From a virus: 64,000 nucleotides of DNA. A model generated the notes under the pieces. It saw only the letters and a program-made list of their open reading frames with translations, did not search any database and had not been told where the DNA came from. A program made the position numbers and the translations under genes. The stretch is from the UHGV virus genome UHGV-1558314; one strand, written 5' to 3'. Numbering within the stretch: position 1 is the stretch's first letter; every line of letters begins with the position of its first letter. This document shows, piece after piece, positions 27,771 through 38,376 of this stretch.

Positions 27771-29060
27771 TCATTTTTCAATCTTTTTGAGCAATGCATG
27801 ACCGCAATCATAGACTTCGACGAAGCCTGAAGCAATCAATGAGTCAACATCTATAGAAGACGTTCGTATAATATGTTCGTGTGTCTTGATATTGTATAGA
27901 TGACACTGAACCCATGTTTTGACGACTTCATAATTTGGATACAATCGAGGGTCTTCTTTTGACAAATCAAGTTCTATGACATCATCAGTTTTGAGCTGCT
28001 CAGTTTTGTTTATGACATCTCTAATGTGCAGCAACATATCATATCTACAATCCCAGTCAAATATTGTTATACATCGATAGCCATTGCGTGCTGCAACATC
28101 TGTTTTGAATTTGTGAGCATACGCAGGTTTGGCGTCATTATCAACAGAATGCCCAGTTATGTAACCAAAGCCCTTTGTTGCATTGTGTGTAACAGTTGGA
28201 TTGATTTCAATTACAACAGCATCTTTTCGCAAATCATATAACAAGTTCTCAATAGGATGCTCAGTAACAAAATCAAGATTGCAAGAATGTTTCAAATCCC
28301 ATTGCCACGACATATTGATGTTTGATGTCAACCTTGCAGATGCTTGCGGCAATTGCAATGCATGTTCTACACCATAGCGTTCACGTAATGTTGCATGAGC
28401 CCTTTGCATATTTTGCATTGCGGGACCCCAATGCTCAAATTTTGTAGCATTTATCTTTGCAATTTTGTCTGGTAGCTTATTTGTACTATCTACACCATAT
28501 TTAATAAGACAACTGATGCGAATATTGTATTGTCGTTTTATTCGAGAATGTGACGTAGCACATCTACTAAATCGTTCAAATGGTGTTGATGCAATCAATG
28601 CATCTCGTTCTGACTCAAGAGCTTTGACATGTTCAAGCACTTCTGCTGGTACATTATCATAGTCAATCACATATTGCTGACGTGGTTGCGTTACATGAGT
28701 TTTGCCGTGTGTCTTAAGCTTATTGATTTGTATGCTATACTTTCTGCGTATATGTGGATGTCTTGATGCATCAGATTGCGCAATTTCATGCTCTCGTTGC
28801 TCTTCAAGTTTAGCTATTTGCTCAACAATAGCTGGTTCAATGTCTGGTTTGTCTGATATGACTATGTTTTTAAGCTCATCAAGACGCTTGTTGAGATATT
28901 TGACACGTCTTGTATATGTTATCTTTGCAACTTGATGGTTTGTATGATGCTTGCCTACTTGCTGTTCTGGTTGATTCAGCGTGTCATCAAGGCGTTGCTT
29001 AGCGAGCTCAAATTCATTATCAAGCCATGCTTTATGCGCATCAAATTCATCTTGTGTCAT
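27771..29060 (-). CDS. Homing-endonuclease-like protein, paralog 3
   Basis: VVIEINPTVTHNATKGFGY ... GYRCITIFDWDCRYD ... VEVYDCGHALL. Confidence 0.75.
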   Translation of the reverse strand: MTQDEFDAHKAWLDNEFELAKQRLDDTLNQPEQQVGKHHTNHQVAKITYTRRVKYLNKRLDELKNIVISDKPDIEPAIVEQIAKLEEQREHEIAQSDASRHPHIRRKYSIQINKLKTHGKTHVTQPRQQYVIDYDNVPAEVLEHVKALESERDALIASTPFERFSRCATSHSRIKRQYNIRISCLIKYGVDSTNKLPDKIAKINATKFEHWGPAMQNMQRAHATLRERYGVEHALQLPQASARLTSNINMSWQWDLKHSCNLDFVTEHPIENLLYDLRKDAVVIEINPTVTHNATKGFGYITGHSVDNDAKPAYAHKFKTDVAARNGYRCITIFDWDCRYDMLLHIRDVINKTEQLKTDDVIELDLSKEDPRLYPNYEVVKTWVQCHLYNIKTHEHIIRTSSIDVDSLIASGFVEVYDCGHALLKKIEK

Positions 29061-29125
29061 ATGTGTGTGTAGTGCTTGTTAATCATGTTATATATCATAT
29101 GACAAATTACTACTTTGCATATAAC

Positions 29126-29159
29126 AAAAAAGAAGCCAAGTCGTTTTGACTTGGCTTCA
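29126..29159 (-). terminator. Rho-independent terminator
   Basis: aaaaaa gaagccaagt cgttttg acttggcttc. Confidence 0.6.
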
Positions 29160-29189
29160 AATTATTCTAACTTATTGATAGTTAATAAG

Positions 29190-29765
29190 TTAAAATTGAG
29201 AACCTACGACACGTGGCACTGCAAGTTCGCTGGTAAGAACGGCTTGACAAGTGTAAATGTCGTCACTATTCTTGTCATGTGAATCGACTGCGCTGATAGG
29301 ACCCTTAGGGAATCCATTCTTGTACGACGTTACTCTCCAGGCTGTTCCAACCTGATTATTTTCAACGAGAATCCAAGAACCCACATAGTTTTTCTTGAGA
29401 CCCATGGCTCCCGTGAGAGGATTCCTGCGTTTCGCATTCCAACTTTGGAATGCATTGTAAATCACAGGGTCATTGGTGTCTGGTCCATGCAAGTTCAGAT
29501 TCATTGTGATAGTCAGGTTGTGAATGTTGCTGACTGTCAATGCTGAGAACTGACGAGACTGATTTTGCGCAACTTTTTGTGAAACCACATCAGGCGCATT
29601 GTCAAGTGTGCCCAAACCTGAAATTGACTGAATTTGCTCATCAATTGTATCTGGAATCACAACGCCTGCAGGTGGCATAAGTGTGAGCTCGAACAATGAA
29701 CTGAACACGGGTTCAGCATATTCGGCAGTCACTTCGCTGTTTTTGATATGCGGTAACTTCGGCAT
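29190..29765 (-). CDS. Hypothetical protein (191 aa); possible tail tube protein
   Basis: Size and position near sheath-like gene; weak FELTLMPPAGVV resemblance to gp19-type tubes; tentative. Confidence 0.55.
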   Translation of the reverse strand: MPKLPHIKNSEVTAEYAEPVFSSLFELTLMPPAGVVIPDTIDEQIQSISGLGTLDNAPDVVSQKVAQNQSRQFSALTVSNIHNLTITMNLNLHGPDTNDPVIYNAFQSWNAKRRNPLTGAMGLKKNYVGSWILVENNQVGTAWRVTSYKNGFPKGPISAVDSHDKNSDDIYTCQAVLTSELAVPRVVGSQF

Positions 29766-29806
29766 GATTGTAATGTGTTATTAAATTGTTCTTGTTTTGT
29801 TATGCG

Positions 29807-30556
29807 TCATCGTACAGTGAATGACTTATCATCATCTTCTGTAGTAGTCGGGTCATCAATTACATCGTGGCCAATGCCTGACTCTGGTTCTGGTTCTGGT
29901 TCCGGTTCCGGTTCCGGTTCTGGTTCTGGTTCCGGTTCTGGTTCCGGTTCTGGTTCCGGTTCTGGTTCCGGTTCTGGTTCCGGTTCTGGTTCAGGTTCTG
30001 GTTCCGGTTCCGGTTCTGGTTCTGGTTCCGGTTCTGGTTCCGGCTTGGGCTCTGGCTTGGGCTCTGGCTTGGGCTTCGATGAATAATCAAACATCTTATG
30101 AATCCATTTGCACCACCATTTGCGACATACATGTGTGCCATCATGATAATACGCTTGCAGCTCCATTGGAATTGCATGATATGCTTTGTCATGTGACATA
30201 CCTTTGAATACTCGCAAGTACACATAGCACAAGCAATATGCAATGTAGTACATAAGCGGTGATGCAAGCAGCCACCACCAGCTAAGCACATTGCATGCTG
30301 CAAGCACAATAAGTACAAGCAACGTCGCAAGTGTTACGAAGATGAATTGCTTTGCATGCACAGCTTCATGCTTCAATGTCTCAGAATATCTACTAAGTGT
30401 GTCATCATATGACTTATCACTTCTTATGAAGCACATTGCACACAACGACATTGCATAATAATGTGAAAATGGAATGTATGGCTGGTCGATGACAAGCATT
30501 GGTCCAGCAAACCACAGTCGCCACTGAGATTTCTTTGGCAGTGTTGCAGTTTTCAT
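29807..30556 (-). CDS. HExxH-motif membrane protein with C-terminal (KPEP)/(PE)n repeat tract
   Basis: [10 protein letters not shown] followed by hydrophobic helices; C-terminal about 60-aa PE repeat encoded by the hexanucleotide SSR. Confidence 0.7.
   Translation of the reverse strand: MKTATLPKKSQWRLWFAGPMLVIDQPYIPFSHYYAMSLCAMCFIRSDKSYDDTLSRYSETLKHEAVHAKQFIFVTLATLLVLIVLAACNVLSWWWLLASPLMYYIAYCLCYVYLRVFKGMSHDKAYHAIPMELQAYYHDGTHVCRKWWCKWIHKMFDYSSKPKPEPKPEPKPEPEPEPEPEPEPEPEPEPEPEPEPEPEPEPEPEPEPEPEPEPEPEPEPEPEPESGIGHDVIDDPTTTEDDDKSFTVR
29884..30074. repeat. Hexanucleotide microsatellite (GGTTCY)n about 30 units plus (GGCTTGGGCTCT)n
   Basis: Direct reading of ggttctggttccggttcc...; encodes (PE)n on minus strand. 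Confidence 0.9.
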
Positions 30557-30619
30557 AAAATGATGTTTATTGTTGATGATGAAGACTGAAGAGCTTTGGC
30601 TCTTCAGTCTATCAATTTG

Positions 30620-33457
30620 CTACTCTGCAGATGCGCCTTGCAGTGACAATGTTGTACGATGTACACCAATTCGAATGCCTTGAGCATTGATAATTTCAGT
30701 GTCAAGTACAATGAATCCGCGAGCAATCGTTTCATCATCATTGTTGCTGCTATCACAGACATTCGTGTACGAAACTGCGCCACCGGCTGCAACGATGCCA
30801 TCCATGAAATTGTCTGCTTTAGTCTTAACCTGCAAACGAACATTTGCAGTGTTTCGCTTGTACTGGGCAGACTTCAAGTATGGCTCGATGTTGTCAGCGA
30901 CGTAGATGAGCAACTCGAGATTTTCGATGTAGCTGAATGCGCTGGTGTAAGCTACTTGTGCAGAACGAGATGTCAGCATTGTGATGACGCCTTGGTCTGA
31001 ACGAGCAAGCATATTCCAACCTGCAGGTTCAAGGTCATCCATATCAGACCCTTCACCTTGTGAGACAATCATGTCAATGTCGGTTACGCCAACACCAGAC
31101 AGTGGCCACTCATCACCAGCAACGACGTCAAAGACATGCTTGCCTGCTTCTATATGCTTTCTCATGAAGACATTCGACAAGATACCTGTTGCAGGAATCG
31201 TCATATCATCAATGCCATCATTGTAGCGAACATTGGCTACATATGTGATGAACGGTGCGCCATCAGTTTGACCTGCGAAGCTGAACAACTTGCTGTATGG
31301 TTTATCGGTGTTACCACCTGCAGCACAGTACTTAGACTCAATTGGGTCACCTGCATTGTCCTTGAAGTACGGGTCAGTTGAGCGGAACAAGTCATACTTG
31401 GTTGGCAGAGCAGAGAATGCGATTGCACGTTTTGAATCATTGCAAATCTTTGCAAACTCGTACTTTTGATTTGCTGCAATGTATGTCTTGAATGGGTCAA
31501 CTACGTAACGCCATTGACATTGATTGTGGTCCATCAAGCTACGATAAACGCCGCCTGAAATGAGAGCTTGCAGTACTTCTGTCTGACGTGCAGATGTGCC
31601 ATCAACAAATTGAGTTGCACGAAGAGCTACGCCATGCAGATATGCGCCCTTGAAGAACTTAACTTGGTCAACAAGCTTCGTCAATGACCAAACAGACGCC
31701 TGCGAGGCGTACTTCATCATTGAGCCATCTGCAAGTTCAAATTCGCCTTCAGCACCCGCAGCTTTGTATGCCAATGCACCAGTGAATTGATATTCAATCA
31801 ACACTTTGTTTTCTGCAAATGCATCGTAGACATTCTTCTTCTCAAGTGGCGACAAATCAGCTTCAGTGATTGTGATTGGCATGCCACCATACTTGAGCGG
31901 CTTATCCAACGGCAGACCATTAGAATCATATTCAACAAGGTCACCACCATATGAAATTGTCTCACCTGCAGCTCTTGCTTTACGAGCTTTCGTTGATGAA
32001 GTTTCTACATCTGCAGACTCTTCGCCGCCAATTGTGACTGTTGAGCCTTGCGGATAGATGAAGTTGCCCTTTGCATCCTGAGGGAATGCAACCTTTGCAC
32101 CTGATTCGTCAATGTACATTGGAATGCCGTCTTCCTTGCCAATGACAGGAACTGCGCGATATTCAGCTACAACTGCGCGACTTGTGCAGCGTACTGGTGA
32201 ACCATCAGCGCCAATGAAGATGTCGCCAAGTGAAATTGGCAACACTGGTGCAACAAATGAAGTCTTTGAAGCTTCACCTGGCTGCACAAATGGAACCATC
32301 ACATTAACAAACTCAGATGACACGAAGTCCTTGAGCTGTTCTTTTGTGATTGCGACATCTGTTGCTGTTGGCGTGCAGTCAATCTTTTCAGGATTGATGT
32401 CAGTTGACGGACGAGCCATGCCAAGATATTGATGTGTAGCATCATCAGCAAACAATGGACCCGCAGCTTCATCTACAGAAATGTAGTTCGAACCAAAGAT
32501 GTCCACTGCACGTTGGAAACGAGCGTCTTCAATGTCATTTGAATTGTAGAACTCGTCAACCTTGTCAGGGTCAATCTTACACATGATACCTGTCGTGTCT
32601 GACACTGCATTCACAGCAGTTTCCAATGACAGTTTGTTGCCATTGATATCAAGCAAGTCAGGAATCAATGAGCCAGATACACGACCCATGTAGCCAGATG
32701 CTGCAAGCTTTGACAGTGCCTCAGGACCATACATGCCATCAACTTGTGCACGGATGCCATCCTTTGTGAAGTACTTGCCATATACAGTCGAACCTGCAAG
32801 TGATTCATAGTTCGTCAGTTTTTCAGAGAAAAACCAAACATCAACCATATAGTCTGACACAAGGTCATTGCAGTTCACGCCGGGTACATACATTGATGGG
32901 AAGCGGTCTTGAACTGACTTGATGTCATAATCATAGCCAGTCAATGTTGTCGGCGTAATGAAGATTGTTGCAGACTTGTTTGTAAGTGTTGAGAAGTTGA
33001 GCAGCTGTACGGGGTCAGCGCCAACAGCATTGAGCAGATTCAATGGCTCAGCTTTCCAGAAGTTTGATGTATCATAGACATCCTTAAATGGAACGTCTAC
33101 AGGTGAGCCATCTTCTCCTGAGCTGTTTGCAGCAAAAGTCACTCGTGACAACACATCGCTATCATTGAATGAGCGCAAGTTCAACACAAGAATTGGGCTT
33201 GTTGCAAGCATTTGCTCTGCAATGAGACCAGCGAAACAGCCGGCACGCTCCAAACGCTTGTCACGTTGACCGAAAATTTCATGCAGCTGGTCTGCATCTT
33301 CAACAAGCACGGCGCGATTGACCGGACCGTTCTTCCACTGGCCTGGCAGCAATCGAAGTGTTTGAGCGGGCAGTGAGTCAAGGTGACTTGCGTCAATGAA
33401 CAGACGATATGTCCCGACTGACTTGAACCGTTCAAATAAAGAAGTGTTATTTGCCAT
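30620..33457 (-). CDS. Putative tail sheath protein (946 aa)
   Basis: N-terminal GQWKNGPVNRAVLVEDADQLHEIFG resembles sheath motif; ATG at 33455-33457 (MANNTSLF); late-type promoter; tentative. Confidence 0.65.
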   Translation of the reverse strand: MANNTSLFERFKSVGTYRLFIDASHLDSLPAQTLRLLPGQWKNGPVNRAVLVEDADQLHEIFGQRDKRLERAGCFAGLIAEQMLATSPILVLNLRSFNDSDVLSRVTFAANSSGEDGSPVDVPFKDVYDTSNFWKAEPLNLLNAVGADPVQLLNFSTLTNKSATIFITPTTLTGYDYDIKSVQDRFPSMYVPGVNCNDLVSDYMVDVWFFSEKLTNYESLAGSTVYGKYFTKDGIRAQVDGMYGPEALSKLAASGYMGRVSGSLIPDLLDINGNKLSLETAVNAVSDTTGIMCKIDPDKVDEFYNSNDIEDARFQRAVDIFGSNYISVDEAAGPLFADDATHQYLGMARPSTDINPEKIDCTPTATDVAITKEQLKDFVSSEFVNVMVPFVQPGEASKTSFVAPVLPISLGDIFIGADGSPVRCTSRAVVAEYRAVPVIGKEDGIPMYIDESGAKVAFPQDAKGNFIYPQGSTVTIGGEESADVETSSTKARKARAAGETISYGGDLVEYDSNGLPLDKPLKYGGMPITITEADLSPLEKKNVYDAFAENKVLIEYQFTGALAYKAAGAEGEFELADGSMMKYASQASVWSLTKLVDQVKFFKGAYLHGVALRATQFVDGTSARQTEVLQALISGGVYRSLMDHNQCQWRYVVDPFKTYIAANQKYEFAKICNDSKRAIAFSALPTKYDLFRSTDPYFKDNAGDPIESKYCAAGGNTDKPYSKLFSFAGQTDGAPFITYVANVRYNDGIDDMTIPATGILSNVFMRKHIEAGKHVFDVVAGDEWPLSGVGVTDIDMIVSQGEGSDMDDLEPAGWNMLARSDQGVITMLTSRSAQVAYTSAFSYIENLELLIYVADNIEPYLKSAQYKRNTANVRLQVKTKADNFMDGIVAAGGAVSYTNVCDSSNNDDETIARGFIVLDTEIINAQGIRIGVHRTTLSLQGASAE

Positions 33458-33560
33458 GTTCGTTATCGTATTTGTAAATTGTGAAATGTTGCTTTGTTTG
33501 ATTATAACTTGATATATGTATGTATATGATGACATCAAACATGTTGTTGACCAAAATCAA

Positions 33561-33588
33561 AAAGACCAGCTCAATTGAGCTGGTCTTT
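33561..33588 (-). terminator. Palindromic hairpin aaagaccagctcaattgagctggtcttt
   Basis: 28-nt perfect palindrome with GCTCAATTGAGC core. Confidence 0.6.
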
Positions 33589-33611
33589 CAAATGCTGTTT
33601 AACTATCATCA

Positions 33612-36600
33612 TTAGCCACGAATCAAGTCAACCAAGCGTTGCTGTTCAGGAGTCAATGACGACTTTCCACTGCCATCAACGTTTTCGTTAACGAAACCGA
33701 CTGGCTGCTTAGTCGAATATGACTTGATTGCAGCCCAGTTACGTGAACGATAGAATGCTGCGACATCTGACTCATTTACGAAAGTGCGAACTGCTGCCTG
33801 AGTAGCAATCAATGACTTCTGTTCAGGAGTCAAGCTTTCATAAATGTACTTGTATGCTGTTGGCATGTGCTTCAGATACAATGGCGTATGGTCAATTGGC
33901 TGCAGATTCTCATCCAAGACTGCCACACCTGCAGCATCATAGCGAGTTGCAAGCTGCTTTGTTTGACGACGCAATGCAGCAATTTCATGCTTGATGTTTG
34001 TCAAGCATTCATCTGTTGCTTGCGCGCCAAGATATGTGCGAAGCATATCAGACAGCATCTTCTGATTTGCGTCAGTCAAATCACCTGCGACTTCGATGCC
34101 AGTCAGCTGGTCATCCTTACTGATGACTACAGAAATTGTAGAGCCATCACGCTCAACTGTGCGGAAGTCAAAGTCATCATATGACTTATCCTTAAGAACA
34201 GCTTCACGAATATTGTCATCTACGCCTTCATTGACCATGCTCATGCATTCCTCAACATCTACGTCAAGTCCAAGCTCTTCTGCAGTTTCAGCAATCTTTT
34301 CTGCAAGTTGAGCTTTGTTTTCAACTTTGTCGAGGTCTGCTGCATCTGATACAGCATCGACAAGTTCATCTGCCTGTGCACGAGTAATCGTTGAAGCATC
34401 AACAAGGCCATCAATGATTTGCTCTACATCTGCAGGCGTCGGCTTATTGTCTTCTGTAGCTTCATTGATAAACTTAGCAGTCTTTGGCTTGTAGCTAAGC
34501 TTGCCCTCATTAACCATCTCATCCTGCAATTGTGCAGCGATGTATGCAATCAGCAATGACTTGTTGGCTTCAAGTTCATCGACTGCTTCAGCAGACTTTT
34601 GAGCTTTGATGAGTTCATCGTAAGCTGCTGCAACTTTGTCATCCATCGTAGACTTGTCAGGGTCAATGTTTTTGATGCATGTCTTGACAATGTCATCCTG
34701 ATAGAACTTGTCAATGATTGACTTGTCAGTGTCAGAGTACGTTGCATACAGCTTGTCAGCAACAATTGACTCATTGACAATCTTGCCAGGCTCAGATGCA
34801 GGAACAAGAGTCCACTTACCATCAACTTCTGCAACAATGCCTGATGTCGATTCACCATAAGTGACTGTCAGACGAGTACCAGCTTCATTGTTATCAATTG
34901 TGTTGACGACTGCTTCGAATTCATTGCCATCTGCATCATAGATTTTGATGTTGTCACCGACAGCAGCTTCATCTACTGGTGCTTCGAAGAACTCTTTGAC
35001 AAAGTTCTGAACATCAACGGGCAGACTGTCATATGGCTGTGATGCATAGTACTCTGAGTCAGCGTCAAGGTAGTTCTTTGACAGCAGCCAAGTTTTTCGA
35101 GCAGCAACATCTGCAGCATTCCAAGCATCGACTGACTCATCGCAGTCATCAACAAGTGCAAGATACTCAGGGTCTTTCTTGTCATCAAAACGAAGAGTAA
35201 ACTTTTGCTCGGGCTTGCCAGCAGGCCAAACTTCGACTTCAATTTTTGTAGTGCCTGCAACATTTTTGACTGCGCCTACAACAATCTTGTCGCCTTTGTT
35301 GATGCCATTAGACATGTCGTATGGTGCTTCAATAGATTCATCTGTCGACTGTGCTCGAATTGCAGCTGCAATAGCGTTACGAGATTCATTGTCAAACATC
35401 TCCCATGTAGCATTTGCAGCATCTTCTACGCCAATCTTGTCTTTGCCAATCTGCTCAATTAACTGATTGCGGTCAGCTACTGAAGCATTGTACCACCAGT
35501 CTGCTGCAGGGTCAGAAGCTTCATCAAGCGCTTTGACAGTTTCATATCGACCGTCATACAGCATGTACTTATCACCTTCTTTGATGGCTACAGACTCCTT
35601 GCCATTGTACTTGAATGACACTTTGTCTTCATTGAAGCCAGTCAATTCAGCTGTGATTTTGTCACCGTTCTTGTCATAAACTTCGACAGTTTGTGCTTCA
35701 TCAATGTTCAAGTGCTTCTTGAGTGCATCTACAAGTTCTTTGCCAAGTGCATCTTCATTGTCATGAGCATGTTGGAAGCAATCTTCATCTGACTTATCAG
35801 GCTGAACAGCTTTCAATGCTGTGGCACGATTGAGCATTGACATTGTGCCCCAGATTGATACGAAGCTTTTGCCCTCATTGTCTTGTGCTTTGGCTTCGTC
35901 AATTGCATCAATGTCTTTCTCAAGCATTGCATGATGAGCAATGTCGATGCCAGCCCATTTCGTCTTTGCATTATATGGCAAACCAATATGCTTCGACAAA
36001 ATTGACTGACGCTGGTCATCTGTGAATGAATCCCAAGCTTCGCCAAGTGTTGCATGCTTTGCTTCATCAGCAGCAAATTCAGCTTCAATCTTGAGTTTGT
36101 GGTCCTTGTCAATCAGTTGCCACTTGGCATTTGGACGATAAAACTCAGACAATGACAGCTTGTCAAGAATGACTTTGCGTTCGTCATCTGACAATTCGTC
36201 CCACTTGTTGTCAGCAGATTCATCGATGTTGACGAGTTCTTTCTCAATGAGATTCTTGTCAAGCATTGCATCAATGATTGGCTGCTGGGCTTCTGCTGGA
36301 ATGTCTTTGAACGACTTAATTGCAATGACAGCGTCTTTGTCATCAACTTTAGCAGCTTCAACAATTTCTGTCTTCACTTCATCAGTCAAAGCGCCCCAAG
36401 CAGCATCGAGATAATCAAAGTTGAGAGCTTCATCACATTCAACAATGCCATACTGCTTTGCAATGTCATTGTGCTTGTCAAGATTGCTGTCGAGTTCAGC
36501 TTCAATTGCTGCTTTGATGTCATCAATTGACTTATCTTCAACTTCAAACTCAAGAGCTTTTGCAAATTCAGTCAATGCTGCATCATCAAGCTTGCTAATG

Positions 36601-37562
36601 TCATAAGGCTTAGCATCTTCATTTGTGAAGTCAATGCCAAGCAAAGACATTGCTTGTTTTTTGTTTTCTTCTGAGAGTGCATCGAATGCAGTTGCAAGAC
36701 CGACATCGGTATAGTCACACCCAACTTCGTCAAGCAATGCTTCGACTTTCTGGATGTTTTCTACACCAACTTCATTAGCATCAGCATTGTTGTATGCCTC
36801 AATAAAACGTGATTGGTTTGTCATGGTAGTGAAATCTTCTATTGATTCGTTTATGAGTTGCTGTTTGAGTGCATCCAATGATGCTGAGCCAATCAATGCA
36901 TCAGGGAATAGCTTCTGCAACATGCCTGTACGTGCAAGCTCAATCAATTGGAGCATCAATGAGTTTGGCGAGTCTTCGTCATCTACAGATTCACAAATGA
37001 GAGTGTCTTTTGATTCATTAACTGAACCGACAAGATTGAACTCTGCTTCAGGAAATGACGGCTCGCATACTAAATCGTATGTAATCAACTTTAGTAGAGT
37101 CGTTGCACCTGTAGTAGGATTAACTATACCAAGAGCTCGACTTGATACAAACAATGGTGAGCCTGCAGCCACAACTGCCCATGCAATACGACCTGCTGGC
37201 GTATCAAGAATAGTAATCCAGCCTTCAAATCGTTGCTTATCAGGATTCCATTCAATACTGTCAATGCGGTGTGATACATTCCCATACTTCACAGTACGTC
37301 GCTTAACATGCTCAAGCTCGCCAAATAGACGCTTAGCTTTGATTGCTGATTGCAATGTTTGTACTTGCGCAAAATAATTTTCGAAATTGTATGTTCGACC
37401 ATTACGATTACGCTCGCCAATAGTTGCATATGTACCGAACAATCTACCAAGCGCGCCACTTGGCACATGTTCATCTACAGCTTCAGCAACAAATTGACAA
37501 TCCTGGCGGCTTTCTATAATAAGCTGCGCAGGCTTGCCTTTGTATGTTATTGGTTTTGCCAT
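33612..37562 (-). CDS. Prohead protease (T4 gp21 / S77-like) fused to a long acidic scaffold/internal-protein-like region (1316 aa)
   Basis: N-terminal NGRTYNFENY ... LFGELEHVKRR ... SHRIDSIEW ... ILDTPAGRIAWAVVAAGSPLFVSSRALG ... YDLVCEPSFP; downstream GSVNE, LINESIED, MSMVNEG, KFINEA, KIVNES, TFVNES, GFVNEN. Confidence 0.8.
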   Translation of the reverse strand: MAKPITYKGKPAQLIIESRQDCQFVAEAVDEHVPSGALGRLFGTYATIGERNRNGRTYNFENYFAQVQTLQSAIKAKRLFGELEHVKRRTVKYGNVSHRIDSIEWNPDKQRFEGWITILDTPAGRIAWAVVAAGSPLFVSSRALGIVNPTTGATTLLKLITYDLVCEPSFPEAEFNLVGSVNESKDTLICESVDDEDSPNSLMLQLIELARTGMLQKLFPDALIGSASLDALKQQLINESIEDFTTMTNQSRFIEAYNNADANEVGVENIQKVEALLDEVGCDYTDVGLATAFDALSEENKKQAMSLLGIDFTNEDAKPYDISKLDDAALTEFAKALEFEVEDKSIDDIKAAIEAELDSNLDKHNDIAKQYGIVECDEALNFDYLDAAWGALTDEVKTEIVEAAKVDDKDAVIAIKSFKDIPAEAQQPIIDAMLDKNLIEKELVNIDESADNKWDELSDDERKVILDKLSLSEFYRPNAKWQLIDKDHKLKIEAEFAADEAKHATLGEAWDSFTDDQRQSILSKHIGLPYNAKTKWAGIDIAHHAMLEKDIDAIDEAKAQDNEGKSFVSIWGTMSMLNRATALKAVQPDKSDEDCFQHAHDNEDALGKELVDALKKHLNIDEAQTVEVYDKNGDKITAELTGFNEDKVSFKYNGKESVAIKEGDKYMLYDGRYETVKALDEASDPAADWWYNASVADRNQLIEQIGKDKIGVEDAANATWEMFDNESRNAIAAAIRAQSTDESIEAPYDMSNGINKGDKIVVGAVKNVAGTTKIEVEVWPAGKPEQKFTLRFDDKKDPEYLALVDDCDESVDAWNAADVAARKTWLLSKNYLDADSEYYASQPYDSLPVDVQNFVKEFFEAPVDEAAVGDNIKIYDADGNEFEAVVNTIDNNEAGTRLTVTYGESTSGIVAEVDGKWTLVPASEPGKIVNESIVADKLYATYSDTDKSIIDKFYQDDIVKTCIKNIDPDKSTMDDKVAAAYDELIKAQKSAEAVDELEANKSLLIAYIAAQLQDEMVNEGKLSYKPKTAKFINEATEDNKPTPADVEQIIDGLVDASTITRAQADELVDAVSDAADLDKVENKAQLAEKIAETAEELGLDVDVEECMSMVNEGVDDNIREAVLKDKSYDDFDFRTVERDGSTISVVISKDDQLTGIEVAGDLTDANQKMLSDMLRTYLGAQATDECLTNIKHEIAALRRQTKQLATRYDAAGVAVLDENLQPIDHTPLYLKHMPTAYKYIYESLTPEQKSLIATQAAVRTFVNESDVAAFYRSRNWAAIKSYSTKQPVGFVNENVDGSGKSSLTPEQQRLVDLIRG

Positions 37563-37707
37563 ATTGTTAAATGTGTTATTTGAAAGTTTGCAACATTTTT
37601 GTTGTTATTGATTATATATGCAAGGCAGACTTGTGTGTTGAAAAATTGCAAATTTTCAGTAATTTGTACATACATAAAATACAAAACCATCCAAATCAAT
37701 TCATTGT
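37563..37707. promoter_or_regulatory. Divergent promoter region between minus protease gene and plus RuvC-like gene
   Basis: AT-rich, contains atatatgcaagg (late-like, minus) and taatttgtacatacataaaat (plus). Confidence 0.35.
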
Positions 37708-38376
37708 ATGTCAACAAACAATCATGGCAAGCTCAGATTACTTGAGCTCAAAGAAGCACAGCCATATGATACACTCAAAATTGGCATCGACGTATCAGTA
37801 GATGCTACTGGCATGTGCATGATATTTGGCAAGACTGTCGCATTGTTCAAATTTACACCACATTTGCCGCCAGAAGATGACAGTTCAGATGATGTGAACT
37901 TTGTGCAGTTCAACAAAATCTATCTGCAAACATCATCTTCTGCAAGAGAACGCTCAAAAATGCATACTCGACATACGCTTGCAAATAAGATTGTTGATGC
38001 TATTGACATGTTCATGCAGGAAATCTGGCCGAACAGTCCAGCAAACATTCAAATTGTCACAGAAGGGTCTGCATATGGCTATGCTGCGCATAACTCTAAC
38101 AGCTTAGTTGAACTTGCTGAATTTAGAAGCGTGATTTTAGAAAGAGTCTATCATCGTTGGCCTCTTGGTACACATCTAAGTCTTGATGTCATTGCGCCAA
38201 AATCATTGAAGAAACACGCGACTGGTGATGGCAAAGCAGACAAACTAAAGATGATTGAAGCTGCAATCGCTAAGTTGACACGCATTCATTGGGCAGGCAA
38301 AATTGACGATGAATGTGACGCATTGCATCTTTGTATGTATGAGCCATTAAGCAATCCTGAACCACGACTTTGGTGA
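37708..38376 (+). CDS. RuvC-like Holliday junction resolvase
   Basis: LKIGIDVSVDATGM (first Asp), VTEGSAYGY (Glu), DDECDALHLCMYE (Asp/His). Confidence 0.8.
   Translation: MSTNNHGKLRLLELKEAQPYDTLKIGIDVSVDATGMCMIFGKTVALFKFTPHLPPEDDSSDDVNFVQFNKIYLQTSSSARERSKMHTRHTLANKIVDAIDMFMQEIWPNSPANIQIVTEGSAYGYAAHNSNSLVELAEFRSVILERVYHRWPLGTHLSLDVIAPKSLKKHATGDGKADKLKMIEAAIAKLTRIHWAGKIDDECDALHLCMYEPLSNPEPRLW

Noticed and set aside
29884-30074. CRISPR array
   Set aside because: Repeats are a 6-bp microsatellite without spacers; promoter repeat clusters are also not repeat-spacer arrays; no cas genes
29775-30086. Plus-strand ORF encoding a (GS)n repeat protein
   Set aside because: It is the opposite-strand reading of the hexanucleotide repeat; the minus-strand frame continues into an N-terminal HExxH membrane domain and is the more plausible gene
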